Below are positions 1 to 13,400 of a stretch of 50,591 nt of DNA, in pieces. Under the pieces are notes generated by a model. It was not told the origin of the DNA and did not search any database. It saw nothing but the letters and a program-made list of their open reading frames with translations. The stretch is from Stylophora pistillata (lineage: Eukaryota): positions 191,602 to 242,192 of the forward strand of contig NW_019217874.1 in assembly GCF_002571385.2 (NCBI RefSeq), written 5' to 3'. Each line of letters opens with the position of its first letter. Position 1 is the stretch's first letter. The translations under genes and the position numbers were made by a program.

Positions 1-2572
1 CCCAATCCTAACCCTGACCCTAACCTTATCCCTAATCCCAAACCTAATCCTTAACTTTAACCCTTAACCCTAACCCTAGATCTAATCCTCTGATTAACTA
101 ACCGACAGAATCAGGCTAATTGCAGTGAAGATCTTGCTCTCTCGGATTGTTATATCCTTATCTTGACAAAACCCAATATCTCTATCATTGTTATCAATAA
201 AAAAACAGTTAGTTACCCCATAGCAAGTGAAAAAAATATTGTGGAGCAAAATTACCCAGGTTAAAAAAATTGTACCTAGTGAAAAATAAAATTTACCTCA
301 GAAAAAAAATTACCTGCAACATATACATACATTGGCATCATCCATGCGGTATCTGCAGTTTGATGCAGACATGAATCTGAAAAGCCCTCAGTGGAAACAA
401 AATTTTATGTGACTAAACAATGTACATATACCCTTTGCCTCTTCCCATGTCTAGAGTAGTACATTATAGTTTAGCACTATGTAAATTCCACACTGATATC
501 TCTATAATGAGGCTGAAAATAAAATGCTAATAGGCGCATGGAGTCAGTCAGATAAATTGTCAATCATCATGAAGTCATCCTATTTATATTATGCAATTCA
601 TCATGTTTTTGTTTTTTGACATTTTGGTTGATAAGTTTGCCTGTGAAAGTTCTTACAGTCCACAGAATTATTCTAAACTGTGAATGTTTTAGAAAGTTGT
701 TAATTAATGACATTTTGCTTCCTTATTGCAGAGATGCCACTGCCATTGATTCAGATATGTAAAGTTATCCTGAGGAAACAACTCGCTTGTCACTGGGATT
801 CTATACAGGAACTTCCTATACCATTGACATTAAAAAGTTTTCTTATAAACGAATGCTAACTCTTGAACCATTATGTATCAAGGCTGTGCTCTAAGGAAAA
901 TTAAATGGGGCCCAGCGCTTTGAAACTGTGAAATCCAGGGTGCCCAGCATATGCTTTGTATGAGAAAACTAAAATTCCTGATTTACCCAAGAGCACAAGT
1001 AAGGCACCAGGGGCCACTGGGCCCTGATAGACCACAGCCTTGCATTATTTACAGATAATTACTAGCTTGACACAGGGGTGTTGTAAATAACATTTATTAT
1101 TAAATTAGGTATAGACAGGGAGTTCCTTCAAGGAAAAAAAAAGACTGAAAAATGATAGCAACTTTTATTTTATTTCTTTAGGAAGTAATTTTATTTCATG
1201 CAGTGCTGGGGGGGGCGTGCTTCTTGAAGGTCCCTGTAGCTTGACAGGATAGTAAAGCTGTTCTGTTTTCATTCAAGATGGGGTTTCCAAAAGTTTTGAA
1301 AATTATGCTATGCAAACTATCAGCTCAATGGACTGTTTAGGGTGCCAGAACCTGCTTCTCCATGCTTTAAAGTTTGATTTTTAGATAGACTTTGGGCCTG
1401 CTAAGTTATTGAAATTTTTGAGAAAAGGTTCCCAGGACCACTAATATTACCATGAAAAAAAAGTTTTTGTTAAAAAGTCTTAAATAGAAAAGTAATGGTC
1501 TGTAATGATGCTGCAATTTTGAAATTGAGGCCACCATTGCTGTCAGACCATTAATTCCGTCATACAAAATAATCCAATACTCCATATTTTCCTTTTGTCA
1601 CTGTAGGTGTGAGACATGTTGAGAATGATTTTGTTTACACTTTGAATAGACAACTGCCAAGTGACAGTGAATATTCAAAACTAAGCAAAAGAGGACAAAA
1701 GTATCAGTACCTTGGAGTGTCTTATTTTGAAATTTCAGGGTTAAAATTTTAAAAAGGCATCTAAAGACATAGGCCATTTCCTAATTACCTTTGCCCAAGA
1801 ATGCATGTTTATGTAAACTTTTTATCATATAAATAGATAAGCACCAGGACTCTGTTTGAAAAAGAGACTAAATGTAATTTGGAAATGGGCAATTGTTTTG
1901 AGGGGTTGATTGGGAGTATCAAGATAAAATTGGGGGATTTCAAAGAAATATTACCACCAGTGGTAGACGACTAAGATAAATTTGTAGGATTTTAAAACAA
2001 ATAATCATGGGATCATAGAGATACTGACATTTAGTATATACTTAAACAGTGAATAGCTTTGAAGGTGAGCTCTGGTTGGCTACTCACCTCTGAGCAAGGG
2101 ATTTGGGCCCAAAAATATTGTTATCATTGCAGGATTAATGAGTTAAAATCATCTTTTCATGCTATATAATTTCATAATTTTAGTATATAACACAACTGTT
2201 CACCTCAGTGTTTGGGGCTTGTGGAGAACATTTACCTCATCACTTTGTTGATAAAAATCCACCAGTAGCCAACTCCACTTCAGTGAAAAGAAGTTAATTA
2301 CTGTCAATAGCCATGGAACACTTTTTAAGTTTGAGTAGAAATAAATAGATGCCACAATGCAGTGGTCACTGACAAGGTTGGATGAAATATTCAACATGAC
2401 ATCAGCAAGTATTTTTGGTCACCACACTAATTTAAAACCAGCCTCCAATAATTTATCTTTTTATTCAATGTTTTAAATACCATCCAAGATGTTTTTGATA
2501 AATGTAATAATGTAAAGGAGAAATTCCAGGTTTGGTGCACTCTCACCAGCGATAAATTTTTTTAAGAAAACC

Positions 2573-4180
2573 CTAGTCTTGTCCAGAGTATAATTTTGCA
2601 AGTCTTTTAAATTTCTCTGCTTCTTGGGGATTCTTCTCCACCCCATCACCCAAAGCATACATTCGACTGACATTGATACATCCCCATGGGTGTGACATCT
2701 CACAGCTTTTTAAGGATAGTTCAAAAGCTTTTTTCATGTCTTTTGGGATTCCATCTTTTCCAGTGAGATAAATTGCACTCAAATTGAAGCAACCGTTCCT
2801 ATGTCCATAGTTACAGGCCTTGGTAAAAAGTTCTATAGCCTTTGGCAAATCCTTTTCTATTGTCGATCCTTTTACTCCTTTTTGATACAGGAGTCCTGCA
2901 TTATTGCAAGCTCCTGGAGATTTCTTCTCACAACCTTCTTGGAATAAGCTCATTGCTTTCTCAGGATCTTTGAATTCTTGAATAAACACACAGAGAGTAA
3001 AAAAATCATCAGTTAGTAGAAGTACACACACTATGTAAATATTTTCTTTGATTTCAATTTGCTATTGAAGAAATTGACTGCAACAAAAAATTTTCTCTTC
3101 ACTCCAAAGTTTGACTTGACAAAATAAAGGTCTTGAAGTTAAGGGTGCATCTTACAACCAAGTGGATCTCAAACAAAATTAATATCATAACGGCAAATAA
3201 ATTATTGTTCTAAAAAGAAAAAACTAATGCTTTCTCATCCTTTGGCAAATATCAACTTGATTGTACAAGTATAGTTACATCAAAAAATCTTCCAGAGGCT
3301 ACTCACAATAGTGCTCTAGATGCAAATCTCAAGAAATATAGAACCACTTACTTTTGTTGGTCAGATAGAGGTTTCCTAAAGCCAGGCAACTTTCATTAAA
3401 ATTAAGCTCTTTACAGGTGTGTTCATAGAGTTCCTTTGCTTTATCTATATCCATTTCAATTGAAGCATAAAATTCTGCAAGTATGTGGCAAGCTACAATG
3501 GAGAGACAAGAGGAGACTTTGAAAAACTTTAAAATATAAATAAAAGTGCATCAAGTGTGAAATCACATTGACAGGTGCCAACACAGGGACAGGAGATTGT
3601 ATACCAAACTAGTAGTTACCATGTAATAAACTGAACCTTGAGATGTGTTAAAAGAAGAAAATTAAAAGTGTGGGGGGGGGGCATTGGACTTCTGTTAGGC
3701 ATAAAAACTGAGCCAATTCAAAATGGGTATCTATAGACAGGATCATTTCATTGACAAAAATAAATGTAACAAAAAAAAAAAAAAAAAACCCATACTGCCT
3801 GTCAAAAGTATAGTAGAAAATACAATTTAAGATAAATTCCTTTCAACAATTCCGCCATCCAAATATTCGTTTTTCCGAAATTATACAAAGATAACCGGCT
3901 AGATTGTCGAACATCTGCTAATATGCGAGTTATACTGCAGCTCCCGTAGTCCCACAGTCACCCTCGATAACGCACATAGCCCGTGGACAGTTTTACGCAT
4001 GTCATGAGGAGTTACATGATTGAACTGAAACATTAGGTAATCCTTGTAGTGCTGACCAAACAACTTACACTCTTTCTTTTTGGAACCGTAACACTCATGC
4101 TTGTAGAGATCGCGCAGTTGTTGACCATACTCTTCAGTAGCTTTGGCTACTTTGTCCTCTGGAGAGAGACCAAAAGGCAT
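2573..4180 (-). CDS. COA7: Cytochrome c oxidase assembly factor 7 / SEL1-repeat protein, 3 exons, ~218 aa
   Basis: Exons 4180-4069, 3492-3352 and 2976-2573 join in phase 1/1 across GT-AG introns (657 nt). The product has Cys-paired SEL1-like repeats (ECYGSKKKESCHILAEF, GCEKKSPGACNNAGLL, ACNYGHRNGCFNLSAIYLTG, SCEMSHPWGCINVSRMYALGDGVEKN), the pattern of COA7/SELRC1. Confidence 0.88.
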
Positions 4181-4481
4181 CTTTTCACCACTCTCTTTGC
4201 ACCAGATTACAATTTCGTGAAAATTTTCCAGGCGTCTCCCTCGTTATTCGTGGAATTTTGCGCATACATTCTTCAAACTATCCACTGACTCAGATGCCAC
4301 TGACTCACTTGATCGAGAGCTGAGGCTGTCAACGATCGTGACGTCACGGAGTGGTGGACTGATCTCCCAAACGAAGTCTGGCGACCTGAAGTATGTTTCC
4401 AGATTTCCATCCTGCTGAAAAAATGGGGTGAAAATCATCGCCTTGTCTGTCTATTGAAGACTTGAATCTAGTATTCTGACC
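4181..4481. promoter_or_regulatory. Bidirectional promoter between COA7 and the p85 gene, with two AP-1 sites and a perfect CRE
   Basis: 301 bp separate the divergent ATGs and the interval is locally CpG-rich. CCACTGACTCA occurs twice (TGACTCA at 4286-4292 and 4301-4307) and the palindrome CGTGACGTCACG lies at 4337-4348. Confidence 0.6.
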
Positions 4482-7400
4482 ATGGATTCTGGCTGGGCTC
4501 AGTACCGAGTAATTTATTCGTATCAGCCTCGTGATGAACGAGACATAGCTATTAGAGAGGGTGATATTATGGTGGTCGCAAAGCCTGTGTCCGACCCAAC
4601 TGGCTGGCTTACCGGAGAAAACACGCGCACTAAAGACGTTGGCGAGTTCCCTGGAACGTATGTGGAATATATCGGCGATGTTAAGGAACTTCCTCAGGAG
4701 GAGAAACCTCCAACACCACCTCCAAGGCCACCAAGGCCTGCACGACGGAACGCGGGAGGAAATAACAGTGCGCGCACTGATGCAAACGGTTAGTTGGGAA
4801 CTTGTTTGTGTATTTATTTCAACAGTGTTTGACTATTTCGTTTTCATTATAGAAGCTTAAGGGATAGTAGTTATTTAGCACCACTCGATAAGAAATCGAT
4901 GCCTTTTGTAGTCATGAATTGTATTTTATTAGCTGCACGATAACGTTTAGGCATCATTGCAGTTCTTAGCTTCCTTACAAACTGATCTTTTTCGCGGATA
5001 TCTACAGGATGTATTCGGGTTTTTGTTATTATTTTGGCTTTCCCTATTTATACTAACGTTGCATCTATTGTGGTGAACATATCGGTTCGTAATGTCAAAT
5101 GGTGGAAGATTATTTACGTGTATATATATATCATAAAACTTACAATCAACTGTTTGTTTATTTATGATGATTCATTTGTCGATTTCCTTGTTTTGAGCAG
5201 AAAGAATGCATGCTCTAAAATATACAAATACCCGAAGCTGGTAGTTCCCTGAAATTTTTTGCAAGGAGTAGTCACTAGAAGTCAACTTATCACTAGTTTA
5301 AAATGCATCCCTGAGCCACTCTGTAGCCCTTTATCTATTTTTTTACGGCCTCTTGCTTCTCATTAACATGGTTTTTCCATAATTTACAAAAAATTTTTCA
5401 ACAAACCATTTTTTGTGCCTTACAGATCAAACAGGTGGCCATACACTGACTGAGACATCTGCTATGAAACCTGTGTGGTGTTGCCAATGTGAGTAGCATG
5501 CAACGTGAAGTCCAATCCACAATGAAAAAATTATCAATTTGTCAGTGTAATAAATTCCAAGGGGACTTTCTCAGAGCTTGATCGTTAATCTCCTGTGGGA
5601 AACTGTAACTAAGTGTGAATGTAATTCATGAACAGTTTATTTGTAAACGACAATATTACATTTACTCTTGGCAACATTGGTCTTTATCTAGTCAATTAAT
5701 TTCATTTTTATTCACCTCTGAATGTTTTCTATTGTACTCATGTAATACATTTATTTAAAATTTTGGGTTTGTGTTTGAAAATGTGCAGCTATTTGCATAG
5801 TACTTCAGTCCTTATTTGATTAAATTGACTAAGGGAAAACTGAAAGGGTTGGCTATTTACACAAGATCTAACCCAAACTGTGGTTTTACTCAAACACTGG
5901 GCCTTACATATTCTCTACAAGGGGTTGTTTACATTAAATAGTGGTCCTCCAACTGCAAGTTTTTGGCCCTCTTGACACTGTTCACAAAAATATATGTTCA
6001 GATAAAAGTTCAGCTAAATTTAAGATTATTTAGAATGCGGTTTTGTTAAACAATGGCTAAACTTTGTCAAAAAAATCAGCCAAAGTAAGTTCCAGTTTGC
6101 TTCCTGACTTCTGATGATTTTTAAATTAATTTTTGTAACTGTTTTAATTTGTAGGTGAAGACTTCATCTGGGGAGTTGGAAGTGAATTGTACAGATGTGC
6201 AAGTGTGTAATAGTTATTATGATCAGATAAAATATTTGATATTTATTTATTATAATTTATTACAATTTAATGCAATTAACAAAATAAAATACTGTAACCT
6301 AATTAAGAAAGGAGAAATACTGTAAGGTTGATCTGTAAAGGAGTCATAGACCCCATATACAGAACAATCACTTTACTAAATTAATGTGATATACTGTTAG
6401 GAATAATAGACCAATAGTTATATAAAAGAAAGTCTCAACAATAATTGTCAAAAAAAGATTAAACTATGTAACTCTGAATTTTTTATAATTAGACCAATTC
6501 AGTTGGTATTCTTGAAAAAGTTCCTCACACCTGGCTCTTAACAAATAAAGAAACCCCAGCTGTACTCTGTTCTGTTGTAAAGCAAGCAGTAAGCAGCCAC
6601 AGCACAAAATAAGTGTAGAGAGAAACACAGGACATAGTTGAGTGTTTTTCCCCACCTCTTGAGTGCTCTAGCTGCTACCCAAGTACTTTATAACAGAACA
6701 GAACTCAGTCAAGGCTTTTTTATTTGTTCCATAAAAGAGAATCTGTCATATTTGGGTAACTTTCTATTTTCGGAAAAAATTATTAGTTTTGATGCACACA
6801 AAATTGTTGTCAGCATATTTTATACTTTCGCAAAACATGCTGAAATAAGCAAGCAGAATCCTTGTTAGAAGGGTTCAATTAATCTGATTGGTTGAATAAG
6901 ATCAAAGCTGTCAAAAATGTCAGACCATAAAAGTTCATAAAACATCAAATTTTGCAATCTGCAATAGTTACCAAACTGAAACAGTTTGGAAAGTCAAATT
7001 TGACACTTTTGCTTGTAGATTTGTAGTCTTAATACAGATTGTGAAAGTGAAATGTTCAGAGAAATCTAGCTTAATTGTGGCTGATAAAACCATGCAAGTT
7101 TTTTCACATAACAATTAGAAAACAGATTCTCCAGGTGGTGTTTTATCAATGAACAACAGCCAAATTCATGGAAACAAGAAGTTTGCTTGGGGTGACAGTA
7201 CTTCAAAACTCTGCTGCTGTGATTGACATGGCCTTCCACCCAATGTATTGAAAAGGATATTAGAGCAAGCTCCTAGTTGTTCACTTAAAGGGCGAATGTT
7301 ATTTCCAAGGCTTGCTCAACTGTGTTGATTGCAATGGACCACATGGTTGCAGTCGCTCTGACAACATCATGATTTATACAAATTTTAACATTTATGCCAG

Positions 7401-10400
7401 TTTGGTTATACTTTTCATCATTCCTGTTTTTGAACAAGAAACTATATAAACAATACAAGTGTAAGAGTTTTATTACCATATGTAAACCTATGATCTTACT
7501 GAGTACAAGAACCCTCAAAACTCGGACAAACTATTTTGTTTTAATTATGGTGATTTTTGTCTCTGCTCACATTATAATAATGTCATATAAAACAGGCTGT
7601 TTCAACCAATGACAAAGCAAGTTATATCCAAACTTTATTATAATTGCATTTAGAAGCGATTATTCATGACAACAATACAATTTAAAAGACTAAACATAAA
7701 AGGATTTATTTGAGCATAGTTCTTTATTGTAAGTTTCTCTCTCTCTCTTTGTTTCAGTGGGCACAAAGTAGTATGGCTGTATAAGTTAGCAGTCAAAGAA
7801 ATATCCAAATTGATATAACCATTCAAAACTATCATTAATGTACCAATTATCTGTTTTTACAGTGTGTGATTTAGCTTGGCATCCTCAATGTGCAGTGGAA
7901 TTGTCTAAGTTTCCCTGTAAGATTCTCAAAAAAGAATCAGAAGAACCAGATGAAGATTATATCAGATTTGTTGCTGTAAGTACATTCTGAATGAAAGCTT
8001 TTATAATATGCTGCTCTTTGCTGAGGATTTGCAAATCAGTTATGTACAACAGTTTGGTCACAGTCTCAGAATGGCCCAAAGATCCTTTTGAATCAGACAA
8101 ATATATTAAGTATGAGTTGCATTTCGTGTGAATACAACAAAGTATGATTTGAAAGAAAGGGGAGAGGGACAAGTAAAAGAATCAAAGGAAATCAACATTA
8201 CCTCAAAACTCAGCAGTTTCAGAATAATTGTGATGAAATAAAGTAGGACATTTCTTTTTGCAACCAAATTAAGTTATTGATGCCTTCAAGGGATTAGAAT
8301 CAAGCGACTATGGGTAGGGATGCACTTTCATGTGGATTAACTGCTGGATGAAAATTGATTGGGTAGCAAGTAAGTCAATACAGGCAATCAACTTCTAATA
8401 ATGAAGATCTCTTAGAGATTAGGTAAAACAATTAGATATTCATTTATGTAATGATAATTTCAACACACATGTGCAATAATGGCATCATTTGATTTGATAC
8501 CAAATACATGTACCTAATGGTGACCACTATTTCTGAAACAAAGCTTATATTTCAAAACTTTTATTGTTGATTTATGTTTAGTAAATTGCACAGTGTTACA
8601 TGCATGTATGTCAGTGATCATAGGTTCTTCCGAGGGAAAAAAGGCCTGAAACCAGTTCGCTTAACAATTCAATGTGGCAGAATTATCTCTTTCTTTCTTA
8701 TGATGTAATTGAAACTCCGCATAAGAATTAGACATTCTGTGCATTTAATTGAATATTTTGTCCATTAGAACTGTGTTCTTCAGTTACAAAGTGAACTGTT
8801 TCAAGTTTTATAAGTTGTTTTCTTTATATTCATTCTCGGTATGCTGCAGTATGGCAAGCCAATTGTAGCAATATTCAATAAATGGATTTTTTAATTCAAA
8901 GAGTCTAGTTTAGTTCAATTCAACGTGTAAATTTATGTTCAGCATACTATTTTTTGGGTTCAATGTCCCATTTTGCATTCAATACACTTTGTTATCTTTC
9001 AGTGCGATTGCTTCAGTTCAACCTCTTTTTTTATTTCAATTGAGCATATTATGTTCAACACTTTTTATTTTGTTCAATGCAATTTATTTTCGTTCAATTA
9101 TTTACTGCACAGCGGTTGACCGAAAGAACTCTAGCTTCCCCAGTGTTCACTTCTTGCTTGCCTTCCTAGCCCACCATTTTGAAGAAAACAATGAGTAGTT
9201 GTCAGGACAAAATAATGGATCGCTCATCTCTTTTGAAGTTGTCGTCTTGGCTTGGAGAAGCTTCAGAGCTTGTGAAAGAGATTTTAGACGAAGAGACTGC
9301 TAGCTCTGAGACATCCCGGCCTGAAACTTCAAGTTCTTGTGGGAACCGAGTGTTTTCAGCGTTGCAAAGAGCGAGGTCCATGTTAAACTCATCACAATCA
9401 AGGTGTTAAATGGGGTTGACAGGGTTCAGCCAAGGTTCTAAGCAAGCTAATTGTTTAATCGACAACTGTCTGCGTTTGCAAACTATCTAGCAGTCTCCTC
9501 CAAGTAAAAACTGTTCTGCTTTGTCCAGAACTGTATGAAGAAATGTTGATAGGTCCCTGTCAGCATTAAATTTGATTGTAAAGACATTACGATCGATCAC
9601 GAAGCAAAAAATTAAAATGGCTTCTCAAAAAGTATTCCAGCTTTTTGTGACCTGCCGAGATCAAAAGGGACTGGGCAATAATGGTCAACCGCTGTGCAGT
9701 AAATAACTGGATGAAAATAAATTGCATTGAACGAAATAAAAAGTGTTGAAAGTAATATGTGCAATTGAAATAAAAAGAGGTTGAACCGAAGCAATCGCAT
9801 TGAATGATACCAAAGTGTATTGAATGCAAAATGGGACATTGAACCCAAAAAATAGTATGCTGAACATAAATTTATGCATTGAATGGAACTAAACTAGACT
9901 CTTTGAATTGAAAAATCCATTTATTGAATATTGCTACAATTGGCTTGCCATACTGCAGTAAACTTAATTGACTTTTCAATTTAAAGTTTTTAATTAAAAA
10001 TGTTGCTATGAAAACTTATTCACCAAAAAGGAAAATAGGAAGCATAATGCAGTAGCACAATCACTTCCACTTATTTCAGAGTCCAGATGAATGGGATATG
10101 AATGATGTTTTGGTGTGGCTTGCTGCAACCAACCATTTCCTCTATGCTGAGATTTTCAGAGAACACGAAATCACAGGAATTCAACTGCGGGACTTGACAA
10201 CCACCTCATTAGACCAGATTAATATTACAGATAGCTTTCATAAGCAATCTATCCTGCTAGCTATCCAAGAATTGTTCACCGGAGAGTCAGAGACTGTGAG
10301 TGTTAGCTGTACAATTGTACATTACATTGTGCAATTGTATATTACAATGTACAAGTGTAATATTCAGTACTTATACCTCACCAGTGATCTGTGCCTATTG

Positions 10401-13400
10401 CATGCTCATTAGTTAACTAGGAGTCATTTCACTGATTACCATTTACCTGAGCTCTTTGTGGCCCATTACGGGCAAACTGCCTTGTGGTTACTTTGAGATG
10501 AAACTGTTTTTGAAAGGAGGAGGGTGTCATTAAAAAAAAAAATTCGAATTGGGGAGAGAGTTTGGTTGACTTTGACCGTATGAAAATCATGTACATGAAT
10601 TGCAGGTTAATAATGAATTAATGTGAGAATGATCTTTGCAGTAATGAACACCACTTATTAAGTAGTAATGAAAATAGAGCCTGAAAAATATTCAGGCCTG
10701 CATGGGAGTTGAAGCCATGAACAGGTGTTACCGGTGCACTGCTCTACCAACTGAGCTTAGAAGTCAACTGGGAGTTGGTCATTTTGTTGGTTTGTAAGAA
10801 ATTCATCAAGTGTTGAATAAATGACTGGCAGTGAATATAGTATAAGAAAACCATATAATTTTATGTGAACTGTGGACTAACAAAAGACTATGAGGGTGAT
10901 CTTCACAGGGATGAACACTATATGTAGGGTGTATAATGGTGTAAAACAATGTTGATAAGTAATGATAAATCATCTCTTTACAATCAAGGTAATGTTGACA
11001 TGGTTATTGTGACTACACTATCATGTTAGTAGTCTGACAATGTATTCTCTTTATTACAAACAGAGAACATCAGAAGTATTTAGTGGTTTTCAGTCAGCCC
11101 AAAGAGGTCAGTTTGATGCTATGTTAAGTATGACATTCATATTTAGTTAAAGGAACTTTAAGTTGAATGTGGCCAGTAATCTTGGATTGCCCTGGTTTTG
11201 CTGTGCTTCACTCTGATTGCTAGAGGAAAGTCTTGCAACACTCTTTCTGTCTATCAGGTGCAGGAGTCCATTCATTTTTGTTTTATTAGCAAAATTATTA
11301 CATTTGGAAAGTTGAATTTTTCAAGTGAGGAGAATAAAAGATATTAACCTTTTAACTTTCAAGATCTGATTGCTAATTCTCCCCTCTAGCTGCTACACAC
11401 TTCCTTGTAAAGTGGTAATGAGAATTTGGTGTTAAATCAGGGTAACAACTACCTGATAAGTTTGAATACTCTCATTACCTGTTTGCTGGGTAAGGTATGG
11501 AGAAGATAGGGAGAATTTTTATTTTGATCACTTCTGGGAGTTTATTGGTTAAATTCACTGAGCTTAATATCAGGAATGAGATTTGACTTGACAGATATTT
11601 GGAAATTCTTGATTTGCTGTTTGGTCCAAAAATCTGAAGAAAAAGTCAAATTAAACATTTTGTTTTTGGGCATTCAATATTGCTGACTTGAATGATATTT
11701 TGCTCCTATTTCTTGTTAGTTATCTGCTGTCATTGTAACTTATTAGTCAGATGGAGACTGATTGTGCTAGAGTGTTTATTTTATTGATAGGTACAAAGGG
11801 TAGTCATCTCCCCAAAGAACAGAACTTCACGTCTCTGCAGTGGTGTGACAAGTGTGGCAAGTGTCTGTGGGGATTGTTCAGACAGGGAGTTTTGTGTTCA
11901 GAGTGTGGCTTTCAATGTCACAAGAAGTGTATGTTTGACAGTGTTGTGGTATGTCCAAGGAGAAGGGTTAGAATACGAAGAGAAAGTGACGCTGATGGTA
12001 AGATATGGATGCCTTTGCTTATCAATTTATTTGGAGGAGTCACTAAGGACTATTATAAACCGCAAAACTGTAGAAAAAATCATCAAAATTGTAAAACCAC
12101 AAAAAAATTTCGTCAAAACTAAAAACTGCTTGCAAAACTGTCTAAACCAACAATAAAATTTTTTGCATCCCAGTTATCAAAACCTGAAGTGATCCAACAC
12201 ATTGGTAACAAGTGGAGCATACAGAGGTTTCACAGTTATTTGAGATTAGTGGAGAAGCATAATTGCCTCCCTTGTTTGAGCCAAGAGGTCCAACGCTTTT
12301 TTGAAAAATTAAGGGTGTATATATCTTATTTAATCAGTTATGTCAGAGACTAGTTAAAAATATACACTTATTTAACTTCTTATTAATTGCATTTGAGTTT
12401 ACTAATTTTTTGTTTCCTAATTCTAAATTTTTCAATTTTGTTACTTTTTAGTTCCTGTGTTTGGAGCAGAGCTGGGTGCACAGTTTCAACCAACTGATAG
12501 ACCAGCACCAATGGTTGTCACAAAATGTGTTCAGGCCATAGAAAAAGGAAATACAATAAGGACAGTTGGTATCTACAGCATTGTGCCATCAGGAAGTGAA
12601 AAGAATGCTCTTAAGACTGCTTTAAATCAAAGTGAGACTATGTAAAATCTTAAGTTATTCTCTTACCGCAGTATAAGAGTTCATTGTTTTCCCCTTTCAC
12701 TCCCAAAATCTCTTTTATTAGCAATTCTCCTTACAGCCTGCCACACAATTCATATGATGTTAGTTTTGAGAATTTGGTGTTGGATCAACTACTAATCCCT
12801 TATAGTCATAATTCTCATCATCTGACTACGGTACTTGATATTGTAAGGAGAAATTCTGTCTTAGTCACTTATGGGAGTGAAAGGGTGCATCGATCATCTT
12901 ATTGGATGATTAGAGTTTGTCATTTTTGGACTGTTTTTTGTCAAGTTAAATTGTTTTTATTCATGTTGGTTTGTGCTGCTCTGTGTGATGGTAAAACGGG
13001 GGTGTTCAACTTATGCTGATTGTAGGACAGAGAAAAAGTATGATAATGGACTTGTTCCTGTAATAATCCTAACTTATCAGCATGAATTTGTGTGCCACAG
13101 GTGCCAAAAATGTGAACATGGATGATGAAGAATGGAGGAATCCTCATTGTGTTGCCACAGTTCTTAAAATGTATCTAAATGAGCTTCCAACATGTGTGTT
13201 CACTGAGGACAAGTATCTATCATTTGTTAAAATCTTTAGAGGTAAGTAATTGTCAAGGATGTACTTGTAGTTACTCTTAAAGTACGTAGAAAACTACTAA
13301 ATGCAGTTACAAACTGAAGACTCTAAATGGCATCTACTTATGACCTTAATATGATCCCAAGCAGGATTAAAAGACCTTATTCCTGAAAGTGTAGAATAAA

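Noticed and set aside
1-90. CCCTAA-like repeats suggesting a telomere
   Set aside because: Short and degenerate, and merely at the window edge. Such tracts are common inside interspersed repeats.
879-1042. Short element with 10-bp inverted ends CAAGGCTGTG/CACAGCCTTG
   Set aside because: No matching TSD and no second copy in the window, so too weak to call.
2030-2300. Interspersed repeat similar to 19670-19950 (possibly Crypton-derived)
   Set aside because: The similarity is visible but old and patchy. Boundaries and class cannot be supported by eye.
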